A stretch of DNA of 63,583 bases, the filler included, from Octopus bimaculoides (taxonomy: Eukaryota): the NCBI RefSeq assembly GCF_001194135.2. It is 4 parts of 4 records of this genome, joined end to end, with 100 filler letters (N's around TTAATTAATTAA, not from the genome) between each part and the next. Parts side by side here need not be neighbours in the genome. Positions count along the whole stretch, not along the records: positions 8,546 to 28,454 come from NC_068987.1; 3 more parts are not named here. One strand, 5' to 3'. A program made the position numbers and the translations under genes. A model generated the notes under the pieces. It was not told the DNA's origin. It saw only the letters and a list, made by a program, of their open reading frames with translations, and made no database searches. Position 1 is the first letter of the stretch. Each line of letters starts with the position of its first letter. This document shows, piece by piece, positions 12,428 through 26,065 of the stretch.

Positions 12428-12626
12428 TTATTTTGTGGATATCTGATTTTGGTGGGAAGCAATCTTCAATCAAACTTAACCTGAACACTTGCAATACGGT
12501 AGAATTAGCTGTAGTGTATCGTTTACACTCTAGACTACGGGTACTCAACCATTGTCTATATCGATGGATCCCTTTGGTTATTAGTTTACTTTGGTTTGCA
12601 CGCATTAACATTTTGGAGAGGTTGAA
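12428..12626 (-). other. Candidate internal exon (199 nt)
   Basis: Acceptor TTCTTTCTCTAACATTTTACATAG| with a CTAAC branch-like motif, and donor AA|GTATGT. One frame is open throughout (FNLSKMLM...CFPPKSDIHKI). No recognisable homology. Confidence 0.3.
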
Positions 12627-13057
12627 CTATGTAAAATGTTAGAGAAAGAAACTTAGCTGGTTTTTGCAATACATACCAATACATAGAACTAAAGTAAATT
12701 TGTTTCAGGGCTCCTTGGAATACTATCGCGGATAAGCAATTTATTATTTTGTTGGTGTTCCCCCCAAAAATCTTACGTTGATTCCTCTTTTTTTCAATTT
12801 GGTGTCAACATTTAATTTTTACATTTTATATTCTACATTTAGTCAGTTACATGATCAATTACTTAGATAGTAATGGAGTGTGCGCGTGGATGCGTGAGTA
12901 TGTAAATATATGCGTGCGTATATAGAGATATGTGCGTTCGTATATGGATATATGCGTGCATGCGATAATATACGCAGTTTTAGACACGTTTTGACCTTGT
13001 CACTACACAGTAATTTCCGTTTGTTTTTAACGGTCATTTTTCACAGGAATTTTCAAT

Positions 13058-13129
13058 AGCCGGATAACTGAAGAGATGTTGGCGTGGGCTCCCACCCTGG
13101 CATCCGAAACTGGGAGTTTTATCATGGCT
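13058..13129 (+). ncRNA. Type I hammerhead ribozyme motif (Penelope-like element end)
   Basis: Stem I AGCCG-GAUAA / UUAUC(A)UGGCU; core CUGAAGA at 13068-13074; long stem II at 13075-13105; GAAA at 13106-13109; stem III ACU(GGG)AGU; GUU triplet with predicted cleavage after 13118. Confidence 0.75.
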
Positions 13130-13220
13130 ACTGAATAAGTGTCACATATTTTTACAGGTAAATTCCTCTATTTGCATAATATCGAGATCTCTTTCTTTCT
13201 TTTGCTGTCCCTCCTGTCAA

Positions 13221-13259
<39 letters not shown>

Positions 13260-14039
13260 AACGCATACACATATATATGCATACATACATTTATAAACAC
13301 ATTTATACATATATATGTTTGTAATAAGTGTTTTTCTGAACAGAGATTTAATACATTCTAGACATTTGCTAGATTAACGCATAGTATTTGCTCGTGCTTG
13401 TGTTGCCTAAAACTCCCTGCGCACACACATGCATACAAACACACACTGTCAGTCAAGCACACTGACAGTCTACACTAGAATAGTTATCATGATATGTAAG
13501 AGTCGTTCACGTAATACAGTCATAAACTCATTGTTCTCCGATGTCATCATCCTCGATTGATGCAACGTACAGCACCTGTAGTGCATCTCTTACATATCCC
13601 ACACCGGTCCAGATTCGCAATCTTTCCCAAATCTCAACTACCTTCATCAACTACTCTCATTCTTTACACGCGCAAAGTACAGTAATCTCATATCTTTGCC
13701 TTCTCCACCGTAATCTCGACCAAATTGTAACCCCTTCTGAGCCCCTTCATGTTGTCGGACTACTTGATTAATTGCAAGTATCTTACATCCACCTAGCATA
13801 CAACAAACCTATCCCTACACCCTTGACAATACAAGACTTCATGGTAGAATTTGATGTAAATATTACACAGACTTGTATATCATTAGATAACACTTTGTAA
13901 CATTTTTTAAATCTTTCATCAGTAAGTTTTATTTCCTATTTCCTACAAATCAAAGGAAATTACTATAATTCCCTTTAAACTCTGCTTTTGTGACCTGGGC
14001 ATGTTTTAAAACTAACCTACTTTCTATTATATTTCAGAC

Positions 14040-14230
14040 AGATTCAGCACAATGTTGCTGAAGCAGAAATATCGTTATAGCAAATATTCTGCTCAGTAAA
14101 ACTAATTTGCTTGTCAGCTGTTTGACCTCAAACACTTAAGTATGTTCCATAGTGGCTGACAATATGTGTATCTCTGATAATGAACAGGAGTTATGGGAAG
14201 CATCATAGACATGTGTTGAGTGGTTTTTAT
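14040..14230 (+). mobile_element. Family D fragment (degenerate)
   Basis: TAGCAAATATTCTGCTC..TTTGCTTGTCAG.TGTTTGACCT..GTGGCTGAC.ATATGTG.ATCTCTGATA is the reverse complement of 9960-10110. Confidence 0.7.
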
Positions 14231-15323
14231 TTGGAGTTTGTATAAATGTAACAAAAGCAAAGTTTCAAGAAAATATTAACCATTTTTCATACTTTCTAGG
14301 GGTAAGCAAATAAGAAATAACAATTGCTACCAAAGGAAAAAGTCGTGTCCTCGATACTCTATGTATGACATATATTATTTCATTTTTCCATTCTCTTTCT
14401 CACCGCATCTCTGCTCCTGTAGCTGTAAATTTATGAGTATTAATAGTGGATAGTACGTTTTCGTAGCGGTAAGTTATGTTTTTTTTTATGTTCGTTTTAA
14501 TAAATTTACATAATTCGAAACTGGTATGTTATTTCTTTCTTTACAGTTAGTATTGTCCGTCAGTTGTTGTTTGTAATGAAGTATCTTTCTTTTTTAAACC
14601 CTGTGTGAAAGGGTTCATAAATATGTAACTATGGAATCACCTGCTACTTACTTGTGAGTTTGCATGTATATATACGTGTGTGTGTGTCAGAGTAAACGTG
14701 TCTGTGCATGTATGTAGCTTGAATATAAGCAATTTCAAGTGACAATGCAGGCAGGCATGCATATGAGTATGCGGAAGTGAGCGCGCGTGCGGTAGTGTGC
14801 ATGTGTGTGTGCATGTATGTGTATGTGTGTGTGTGCGCGCGCGCGCGTGGTGTATCTGTGAGTGAGTGAGAGGGGGGAGACAAAGAGAGCGAGAGAGAGA
14901 ATGAAAGAGTTAGGGGTAATTGTTTGGTGAGTGAATGCGAGTGTGTGGATGACAGGGAGATATAGAGAACAATACTAGTGTATGTGTAGGGATGTTCAAT
15001 CGAAGATTATATCCTGGCGCGTAATTCTGTGTATGTGTTTGTGTGGGCATGTGTATGAGAGAGAGAGAGAGAAAGAGAGAGGGAGGGAGAGAGAGAGAAA
15101 GCACTATTTAATGCTTGTTTAACATGTACTTTTGCATATGTCATTCTTGGAGTTTGTATATGGAAGTATGCGTGTGTACGGATGTATGTAGCCGGTGAGA
15201 AAGCACGAAAAGAGAGATGAATGTTCAAGGTAATTAATAAACTTTGTAACTGGATGAAAATTTTAGGTGCATGCGTGTGTGACATGTTCATGAATGTATA
15301 TGTGTATATGAGAGTATGTGTGC

Positions 15324-15364
<41 letters not shown>

Positions 15365-15612
15365 NNNNNNNNNNNNNNNNNNNNNNNNNNNNNNNNNNNN
15401 NNNNNNNNNNNNNNNNNNNNNNNNNNNNNNNNNNNNNNNNNNNNNNNNNNNNNNNNNNNNNNNNNNNNNNNNNNNNNNNNNNNNNNNNNNNNNNNNNNNN
15501 NNNNNNNNNNNNNNNNNNNNNNNNNNNNNNNNNNNNNNNNNNNNNNNNNNNNNNNNNNNNNNNNNNNNNNNNNNNNNNNNNNNNNNNNNNNNNNNNNNNN
15601 NNNNNNNNNNNN

Positions 15613-15674
<62 letters not shown>

Positions 15675-16249
15675 GGAAAGAGGTATACAAAGACCACGAG
15701 TGACTATTACATAGTATGAAATGTAAATTTAATGTTACAGGTATGAGTGTCTTCGCGTGCTTGTGTGTGGGGTGGAGGGATTAATAACTAAGAGGGTATT
15801 TGTCTTATCGATTATATGCTTGTATATATATATATATGTGTGTGTGCATGTGTGTCGGAGTCGATATGAATACATGTATGTATGTGCACGTACGTTTTTT
15901 TTTTCTTTTATTTTGTAAGCACGTGTAGTAGTCATTGTGTAAGAGTGTGCTGCATGAATTATCCAATAACTCATAAAGTTCGGATGTATCGATATTCTGC
16001 AAATGTTTGCAGCCTAGAAATAGTCATTGTTAACTTAATTGATGAAAAGCAACCGGTGAATACGATGATGACAAAATGTAGTAAAGCTGCTCCTGATGCT
16101 ATCGGTTCTAATGTTGATGATGGTAGTGATGCTTTTGCTCCTGACGATGATAACGGCGGCGGCGGCGACGACTACGACGACGACAATGATGATGATGAAG
16201 ACGATGACGGTGATAAGACTTCGGTGAATTGCATTACTTCTTTATGAGG

Positions 16250-17420
16250 AAGTTCCGTACACTTCCGAAATCTTTATCCTTTATTTTTAGCGTCTGGTCC
16301 GTGTATATACCACAGTTCTGTTTATTTGTTGCATCACATTTGGCTACGTCCTAATTCACTCTTTTCCCTCAACACTCATGCCTAACCTTATGCCGTTCTA
16401 GTGCATGTCTTCTGCATTCATTCAAGAAATGTTTAATACTTTCATTTCCTTCCCTACACTTGTCCGTTTGCTCTCTGGCTGAATTTTATCTATCGTTGTG
16501 TTTATGGGATTCGCTCTAATGGCTTGTTCTTATGAGGCTGTAATTATAAATTTATTATTTCTTCTCGTGTTTCTGAGCGTTAGCTACAACAAAAGTACTT
16601 TTCTTCCAGCATCCTTAGTTTTGTTGCATGAATTAGACATAATTCATTCTGGTATATGTTACTTGTTCTACTGCTTTTACCTTCTCTTCCTGGGTATCCC
16701 TACTGTTTCAGTAACTTTTTAGACATTTATAACCAGTCAATGTTATTATTTTTCATTGCGTACAATATAGTTTTACAACCTCAGTATCACAGTATTAATG
16801 CTCTCTTCTGCCTTTTGCATTCCTCTGCCTTCTTTGCTTCTTGGTAGGTAATGATTATTGGTATTTCTAATAGAGTGATGTGCTTTATGCATTTTGAGCA
16901 GCTTCCTAGTTGTTTCGAAGTTCTGTAGTACGATATTTGTCCATTTTAAAAAGGGATCAAACCACCTTAATGTTTGGCATAGCCCATAAATTTATTGCTC
17001 TGAAAGTATTCCTTTCCATTTAACATTTGTTTCGAACATATTCCTAATTCCTCTCTTGTAAAGTCTGGAAATTTTCCCCTCTCAAGCCTCCTTCCATTAC
17101 TTTATCGTTTAGTAACACTCCAAGATGCCTCTATCCCTCCTAAGTAATCTGATGCTACTGTCTTCTGATAATTTTGTACCATAAGAATTCATCTTTCGAC
17201 AGCACTTTATAATTAACACTGCACTTCTTATTTACCCCAAATTTGATTCAATTATCCATGCTGAATAATATCAATAATCGGGATAGAGAATTGTGGTGTT
17301 GAAAATCTCTTGTACACAGTATTATGTCATCCACATAACGCAGATTATATACTTTCGTTTGTGTGTGAGTTTCAGTTTGCATTTGTTGATTTTATTGTCA
17401 TAATTTGTTTCTTAGTCGAC
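16250..17420 (-). mobile_element. Degenerate R4/Dong-clade LINE fragment (RT, thumb, Zn-knuckle region, start of RLE)
   Basis: Minus-strand peptides YNLRYVDDIIL (YVDD at 17326-17337), FSMDN*IKFGVNKKC, RHLGVL, RAINLWAMP, HYLPRSKEGRGM, EQAIRANPINTTIDK and WYIHGP appear in canonical R4 order. Confidence 0.8.
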
Positions 17421-18104
17421 CATAAGTGACTCATCAACCGCTACGTCTACAGTGCACAATTTTAAAGGTTAAAAAATGTTCATTAAAAAAATGTGATATT
17501 CAGAATGTCTTCGTCTTAGTCGATCGGCGAGTAAGAGAGAAACAATTGAGAGGTTTCGATTGTGGAACCGTTTTCAGCACTCATATTCTGCCATGCAAAG
17601 GCAGTATCGGTATTAAGAACAACAGTAACAATAACAGTAATAACAACAACAACAATGACTATAACAACAACAGCAATAGTAGCAGCAAAAATAATGCTAC
17701 TAATTACTACACATAAGCTTACTTCTGATGATAGAAACATCTTTTGACAATGATAATGTAAATGATTACAATGATGACAAATGTATTGACAGTGATGACT
17801 GCAATAGTTACATTGTTGGCAAGTATAGTCTGAATGGTAACAACGAAAAAAATGGTAACAATGGTAATAATGGTAAAGACAATGACAACTCTGTTGAAAG
17901 TGAACTCGCCAATGTTTATACAACGATAATGGAAATTGTCGCAGGGATTTCAAGTATATTCACGATGAGGGTTACAATATTTTTGCAGCAAATGTAGGCA
18001 GATAGAGACGACTACTGTGTTTGGAACTGTGACAGCTATTTGGTGTGGTTGACAACGATATCAGCGTTCATATTAGATTAAGGGTAAAGTAACGGCAATA
18101 CAAC

Positions 18105-18320
18105 TGGTTTCAAATTTTAGCACAAGGCCAGCAATTTCGGGGCAGGGAGTAAGTCGATTACATCAACCCCAGTACTCAACTGGAACTTATTTTGTCGACT
18201 CCGAAAGGATGAAAGGCATGGTCGACATCGGCGGAATTTTGAACTCAGAACGTAAGGACGGACAAATGCCGCTAAGCATTTTGTCCAGCGTGCGGAAGAT
18301 TCTGCCAGCTAGCTGCTTTA
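18105..18320 (-). mobile_element. SINE family B
   Basis: Reverse complement of the 1954-2190 type (CGGCGGAATTTTGAACTCAGAACGTAA...CCGCTAAGCATTT). Confidence 0.8.
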
Positions 18321-18449
18321 ATATTGACAATGATGCTAGTTATGTTGCCAGTGATGACAATAATATCAGTTACGATGACAATAATATTAGTAAGGAATGA
18401 AAGGTAAAGTGGCCCACAGTGGCATTATATTAGACTGCAAATGAATATA

Positions 18450-18800
18450 ACCAAATTCTAATTTATGTTTCATTCTCTATACCTACTCCTTTCATACATC
18501 CAGAAGCGACTTCATTTCAAATACCAATGTGTAACCCTATCGGATAACTCCCATATTCCTTTTTCACACTCACATTTACCCTTGTTTCATATCCAACATC
18601 TACCCTTATTCGCATCCAATATCTCTCATTCAAAATCTATGCTTTTCACAGCCAACATCAATTCTATTTTCATCAACACCGAATGCTGCCTTAAATCCAA
18701 CTTCTACCTCAATCTTACATTAGCATCTGCCATTTCTCACATTCAGCGTTCTTCATACAAACATATCTTACTTGAAATACCAAGTATAATTGTTTCGCTC
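18450..18800 (-). mobile_element. Highly decayed RTE-like RT fragment
   Basis: Frameshift-joined EVEVG(L)RQHSVL resembles the RTE motif EVxVGLxQGSVLSP. Confidence 0.35.
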
Positions 18801-19274
18801 GTTTTCGCTGAAAACATAATGTTTTCATGAAATTAACATGTGTGTGTGTGTGTTACTATAATGGCTTATCTAAAGTTGAGAGCAGTCAAGCATTAGCTAA
18901 AATCCATTCGCACAGTTGATTTAACAGAAGCTTCCAACTGATTCTTAGGCAATATCGTTAATGTACAACTAAGTATTCACTCTACGAATTCCTTTTTATC
19001 AACCAATGAAGCAAGTTAAAACAAGAAAGTGGTTACTTCAATGACGTTTGATTAACCTCTAAATCCTTCAGATCTTGATAGAATTTCACTATACTTTAGT
19101 TGCTTGATTTCCAAGTAAATTTATATTATCTTTATTCTTTGTGACGATAACATTATGTATGCTGGTATATTAGGTTGATTTGTAAAATTTGGGCTAATTA
19201 TTATTCTGAAAGATAGTTTTATTAGTGCATTTGTAGATACATATAACTACAGAAATATATAAAAGCAAACGTTC

Positions 19275-19318
<44 letters not shown>

Positions 19319-19499
19319 CCCACGCGCGTGTACACACACATACATACACACATACATGCATACATACATACAAACATACAGCATAAGCTAAATGGATTCA
19401 TGTCAAATACTGCAAGGCAGTATTTCACAATTAGTTTTTCGAAGTCTGAGACATTGCTGTTCTCAAAAAAAGTTTTCGCAGTGCACTCTACTGTTAGTG

Positions 19500-20100
19500 G
19501 ATAAGTTGGAAGAGAGAGAAGTGATTAAATTTAATCGTCTCACTGCCGTATTCACGAGTGATGTGTGGCGGGATGCTGATCTGAGGGTGGGGCATTTGGA
19601 TGTCCTTCCAAAGTAATGCCCCAGTTTCACCATTCAGTACTCAGAAAGTTGGTAAAAATATCAAACTTGGAATCTTTAAATCAGTCTTTATGTTTATTTT
19701 CACCTGCGTTCATGAACCTTGGGAAATGACCAAAAGAGTACGATCGTGAACATATGCAGCCCAAATGTGAGTCCTCCGAAGAATCTCTAGCATAAATCTA
19801 CTTGACATGGTATGTAGCTCGGAGACTAAGCGCTATTTCTAGTTTCAGCCGCTACTTTACCGCATTGAGAATTCTCAGCTCAGGTACATGGCGACACAAT
19901 TGGAATGTCGCAGGAAAGCGACACTAGAGGGAATCTTCAACCCGTTCCAACCGACAGGTACCTAGTGACAGACTGAAAATGCGGCGATTGGATAATATTC
20001 ATAGACTATGGTCAAGGTTTGAGAATTCATCCGAAATTGTCAATGCAAACCTATGGATGCAGTACCTGAAGATCCTAAAAGGAATAGCGTGCGGAGATGG
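19500..20100 (+). mobile_element. Degenerate RTE (Expander-like) RT C-terminal fragment
   Basis: KFNRLTAVFTSDVWRDADL, IFKSVFMFIFTCVHEPWEMTKRVRS and PLLYRIENSQLRY resemble KFKYLGVxFTSDG...IFKxVFVPILTYGHESWVMTERVRS...PLLLRIERSQLRW. Confidence 0.7.
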
Positions 20101-21647
20101 ATGAATATTTTGGAGCATAATTATATGTGTGTGCGTGTGTATTTGTTTGTGTGTGTTTGTGTGTATCGGCAAGTATTTTAACATAGATAGTACAACCAAA
20201 TTAGCTGTGACTGGGTCTATGAGCGAGAAGACAAAAATATGATGAATCTGTTTTCGTTCAATACTTGTTGCCTAGGCATGTTTCTATGTGGAGCAAATAG
20301 GAAAACTATATAATAACAAACTTATTCTAATAATTGTGTGCGTGTGTGTGTGTATGTATGTGTGTGTATGAGAGAGATTGAGTGACAGACAAACAAAGAA
20401 AAGAGAGTGTAAGGGAGTTCTGAGTTTGTTTAAGTGCACATATGTCTGTGTAATGCTGTTTACAGGATGGGCAGCATTTTCGGATGAAATACATTCAAAT
20501 TATTTCAAGGTGATATACCTTCACAGTTTAGCGAGTGTAACTGTGAATAGATTAAAGTCAACACATGTAAATTTTATTTGAGACAGCGCTAACACATATT
20601 GTGAAACCCATAACATTGTTTGCACCTTTAAATTCCTCTTTGATCGTCATGCTTGTAACAATATGCTATTACTCTGCGTTGATCTGAGACTTTGGTAAGC
20701 TGTTTCGCTCACAACAGTGGGAGAGTCATCTATTTTTATTTCAAACTTACGATTTCATTAATTTTACCTTCTTACTATATATGAATTTGATTAAACATCA
20801 GACAATTCCATCCTGCGTCTTCAGCCTGTAGAGTTAAAACATTATTATATTCTCTAATCAACTCATTTCAAACGAATACAGTATCTCTTCTACTATGCAG
20901 TTGAAAAGAAAAACATGTGATTGTTAAATAAAGGAGAAACGTAAAATTTGATCTGCTACAGCCAAGAATATTTTTGTTTACCACTGCAAAAATATTACTT
21001 TTTGGTTTTAAGGAATATTTTTGGTTATCACTGAATAATCATTTTATTTATTTCCACATAGTAGTGTCTCTTACAGTGTAAGTAGGAGAGAAGCTGCATA
21101 TATTATTCGCTACTTGAAATGCTGTCTTTTCTTTCTATTGGTGTTAAGCAGCAACCTATCCCATCATTGTCATCTTTTATGCCAAATAGTTGATCGTATT
21201 TCTAAAAGAAAATTGTTCCCTTTGTGGATGCTTTAAAGTATCATGCCTTACAGTGATAGCGTTGGTCCTTCTTTGACTATTAACTGCTTTCACGAGATGT
21301 AAGCAACGTTGTTCAGCGTTGTGAACAGGAGAATGATATAACGCATAAGTGTTCTTACAGTACATCAAGAAGTTCAAATCTTTCTGTGGACTGATTAGCT
21401 TGAAACTAGTAGGGTTCACTGTGTTGTTCAGTATTGCTGAATGTTAGAGTGCTATGAAATATCGATATTATGTCTCATTCGCAGGCACCATAGAGTCCAG
21501 GACATTATGGTCGGTTCATGAAATAATTTATAAGTGATGAGTTACTATGTTCATTGCGTGGAAATGTTAAATTAAATTGTGTTGGGAAAATAAATTAATT
21601 TGTCTCAGAAGAGATAGACAGAATTCGTGTATGTATATATATATATC

Positions 21648-21699
<52 letters not shown>

Positions 21700-24600
21700 C
21701 ACATACAAACATCCAATCGTATATGAGTGTCAATCCATATGCGTAGTGGTTTTGTGTGTTCATGCTGTGACTGTGTGCGAATGCATATATGAGGAGCGCT
21801 GATTATCCAAGCATGCATAAGCCGTTTATATTCTATGTATTATACTTTCAGTTTCAGTTGTAGAACACCACGGTGATCAGCGTGTATAGTTCATGAGAAA
21901 CACTCATACAATTAAAGAGTGAAAGTGTGAGTAGGAAACTGAGATATATGTGCGCATGTATAGGATTCGATGTACGAGTGTATAATTGTGTTTCTGTCTC
22001 TTTCTCTCTATCACTCCCTCTCTCTCTCTTTCTCTATCACTCACACACATCGAGAAAAAGAGAGAGATAGAGAGAGGGGAGAGAGTGGGAAAGAGGGGGA
22101 GAGGGACAGACAGACAGAGAGAGATTCGATGCTATCTGTGTGATTGCAGGTTCGTTGGTGTGTATCCAGTCAGAAGTCACATGCAGAGATGGGTTTCATA
22201 TTTTAATATGATGGTTCATGTAACACCTGCGAGGACGGCTCTCTCTCATCTGCCTTATCCTAATCGTCTTCCTCTCTGTCTCTTTCTCTCTCTCTCGCTT
22301 TTCTCTCTCTCTTCTCTCGTTTTCTCTTTTTCTCTCTCTCCCTCTGTTACGTGTCCGCTGGAGCACAACCGAAAGCATCTGTTGAATAATTGATGGGTTG
22401 ACACCAAGCAGGGAGATAGTGAGTGTGCGTGTGTTTGTGTGTGCATGTATGTAAGCATATATTTATGCATGTGTACTTGTGTGTCCACGCATGTATGTGT
22501 GTGTGAATACGTATACTATTGTATGGTGTATGTGTGCGTATGCATATTCATGTCTGTTTCTCCATGTATTTTTATTTCCAAGCTTGTATGTCAATTTGTG
22601 TATGTAGATGGGTGTGTATGACCCGTGAGAATAAAACCATTGGGAAATGATTAAAACAAAAACCAACATTTTCTCTTCCATCCCACTGAGCAAAATAATA
22701 AGAAAAAACATTGTAACTAGTTGTTCCCTGTGGACCTCTCTATTGCAATGATAACATCTGCTTCCTAAGAGCACTTATAACAATAACAACCTAATCCCAT
22801 TCTGTCCTACCCTATTCTGCGTCATCTCATACAATATAACTGATCTATTTATTTCCATACTAGCTTGCGACTCAGAAGACAATATTCCACAATGAGTGGG
22901 GGACTGCATTCCAAGTTAGCAGATTATCATTTCACAACTAATTTAATTCTTTCCATTGGATATTTTATATATAAATATTTTACAAGCACATAATCCATCC
23001 GAAATCCGCAACTAAGAATGTCATTTGTGCAGATAATGCTTAAATAGATATCTCCTCCAGGGTACATGTGTCTCTCTTCCCTCTACTGTCTGTGGAAATT
23101 ATTTCTCTTAGTAAACTCGGTAAACTCGAGTGTTGTTCTGGTTGTAATGCCTGTAGTACAAGCTGACCTGGCCTGCAATAATGTAGTTTACGACTTCGAC
23201 ATTTTTCAATTCACATAACCAGAAGTGTTCGGAGAACAAAGAAATATATTAGATATCGTATTATTATTTTACTGCTGCATGTCATTGGATTGCAACTCTG
23301 TGTGGGTGCCTACTTAAGTGTCTTAGTACATTATAAACGCCTCGATATTTCTTTCAAAGTAATGAAACTAGACAACTGGAACATCTATGCCATAGTACTT
23401 ATCTATGGTTACGCTTATATTTAACGTAAGGGTAGAGTTACATTTAAATTTTCAAAACTTATATTTCTAACACAAGTAAAGAAGAAAGTAAAATGTACAG
23501 TGGATGAATTTCTCTTTCTTCTCTATGTCCTTTTCTAGTTATTCATTCATGCTTTCATTGTAATCATTTATTATAGTTATTTAAATATCACAGTACAGGT
23601 ATTTAATTATTGACATAGAGGTCATTATAACGTAAAATAGGTGTTGTTTAATCTCTTTTATTAGCGTTTAAAATGTTAATCACCTGTATTATAATTTAAC
23701 TGTGATAAACACCGATTTCACTAATCTCTCACACAAGGATTCTATGTGCTGCTCATACATATGTACACATTTAATTATATACATGCATTAAAAAAATAAA
23801 ATCCATTATGTAATTAAATTGAAGCTATATATCATTGCTGTTCTTTAAGTATCGGTATGCAGAGAAATATATTCTCTTTCTGTTGTATTTTTATGTTCTT
23901 CACTGAAGTTTAACCGACAATGAAGAGACTCAACTAGCTTCATTTCGGGGGAAAAGAAATCAAAGAAAATACAATAATACCAAGAATTCAGGCACTGGAC
24001 ATAATATTCTGATTTTTACGTTAACAACTACAAATAAATCCTTATAATTTTAAGAGTAAATTACTAGACAACTCGACTATCATTAGTTTGATGCCTGTCA
24101 TACACTCTAAGCTGAGACCTTGTGGTTGTGCACACATTTTGCAATACGCTCACAAAGGAAAAGTGTAAACCCACATAATTTTTATATTGAAATCGAAATT
24201 TAGATTTTTAATTGAGGAAGCTTAATCGCATGGAAAAAAACTGTTTGGACAACCATATGAAATAATTAGAGCAAACATTGTCCATCGTCGAAATTTTAAG
24301 TGCTCATTCATAAAATTCTCCTTTCCAATAACACTTTTGTCCTGACTTCTACGTACCAAGCAAGTACGTATTTCATTGGCTGGGATCAGTACTAAACCTG
24401 CAATAAATATTGATATTTTTTCAACAAAAACATAAACCTTCAAAGTCGGAAGTTGAACGCACGAGATTTTCGGAAACGAAAATCATTTATTGAACCTGAT
24501 GATATTCGAAATCAAAAATTCAAGTGGTTATAACTAAGTCTGGTTGACAATCTGTCCGACTCACTAACGATTCTCCCGATTCAGCGCTTTGATGTTCAAC

Positions 24601-25034
24601 CATTCCCGTTAATCATCCATTTATAGTTACTCCCTATCCAGTACATTGGACTGAACAAACGGTGATTAAAGTTTTGTTAGATGTCAGTGGTGAGTTTAAT
24701 GTCTTCCATATGAAAGTGATATTGCTTTATACAAGTGGAGGAAAATGGGTGTTAAGCTAAACTACCAAATCAAATAAACCCCATTATTCAGAATGTAATT
24801 ATCTTATGATGTATTTGAAATCCATAAGCACATAACAGTTGGAAGATGACTTTAGAAGCAATAAGTTTTATATTGTAACTTTTGCTAGCTTTATATCAAT
24901 TATCGACATGGTGAGTGCAGATATAGAAATAGGCTTACTCTAGGGGGTTAAACTTATCAAATGGTTTAAAGAAGAGTGGACAATATTTATCTGGTCTGTA
25001 TACCTATATTCATAAGCCTTTTTCAATTGGAGAA

Positions 25035-25081
<47 letters not shown>

Positions 25082-25181
25082 TGTGTGTATACGTATATAC
25101 ATACGCATATCATACACGCGTGCACACGCACCCACCCACACACAAACACGCACACACACACACATATATATATATATGTAT

Positions 25182-25215
<34 letters not shown>

Positions 25216-25770
25216 GAATTATAAAGAATCAAAAGCAAAGTCTGTTTTGCTTAGGTTAGGAATTATGTCAGGTTTTATCAGATAATATAAAATACAGAGA
25301 ATAGCAGCATCGATAAGACATCTGAGAAAAGGAAGGACTTTCAGTAAAGGTGGAAACTAACTGTCGCCATCTCAGATCTACATGTACTAGATGGGGGGAT
25401 CGATATAATCGATATTGTACCTTTCACAACAGTTTTACTCTTGTAACTTCTTTTAGCAATCGTTAATATTGGAAAGAAACCTTTATTTTAGAATTTATAT
25501 AGCACGTGAGAAAATTTAATTACGCATAAAATTCATATTCTGAGGCATTCAGAATCAGCTTTCCTCATCGCCGTAGGTTTTGAACTAATCTGTGCCATTA
25601 AGTGCATCAGTCCTCTACACTTGGCATCACTGTTTTTTTTTTTTATGATTTTCGTTGTATGCTAGATATTCTCTCAAGAGTCTACTGACAGTTGGTGGCA
25701 AACTGCGCTGTGGATGTTTTTTCGTTCTTTACGCATGTTCAGCCGATGGTAAGAAGGTGAAGAGGAAAGA

Positions 25771-25846
25771 GAAGAAGAAGAAGAAGAAGAAGAAGAAGAA
25801 GAAGAAGAAGAAGAAGAAGAAGAAGAAGAAGAAGAAGAAGAAGAAG

Positions 25847-25876
<30 letters not shown>
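25771..25876. repeat. Perfect (GAA)n microsatellite, about 35 units
   Basis: Direct reading. Source of the poly-K and poly-S pseudo-ORFs. Confidence 0.95.
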
Positions 25877-25878
<2 letters not shown>

Positions 25879-25904
25879 TATGTTGGTTTAAAATTTTTGC
25901 ACAA

Positions 25905-26065
25905 CGCCAGTAGTTTCGTATGAGGGGACTAATCGATTACATCGACCACGAAAGGATGAAGGGCCAAGTCGACCTCTGAGGAATTTGCACTTAAGACCTA
26001 AAGTCGGGCGATATACCGCTGAGCATTTTTCACAGATTGCTAACAATTCTGCCAAGACGACGACT
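25905..26065 (-). mobile_element. SINE family B (internally deleted)
   Basis: TCGATTACATCGACC..GAAAGGATGAAGGGCCAAGTCGACCTC..GGAATTTG. Confidence 0.7.

Noticed and set aside
13500-13780. Possible decayed RTE 3' end on the minus strand
   Set aside because: Similarity too weak to call by eye.
17720-17745. CTGATGATAGAAAC
   Set aside because: No room for stem II and no stem I or III; low-complexity context.
17600-17997. Asn/Asp-rich ORF 17728..17997 and overlapping ORFs
   Set aside because: Degenerate AAC/AAT/GAC trinucleotide low-complexity tract with no splice or domain support.
20768-20825. Small exon-like segment on the minus strand (CTACAG| ... AAG|GTAAAA)
   Set aside because: Stops in all three frames; such signals are expected by chance.
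24490-24520. CTGATGATATTCGAAATC
   Set aside because: Stem II and stem I do not pair.
24200-24700. Possible pogo/Tc5-like transposase trace (ILPIQRFDVQPF)
   Set aside because: A single weak motif resemblance with no TIRs or other motifs.
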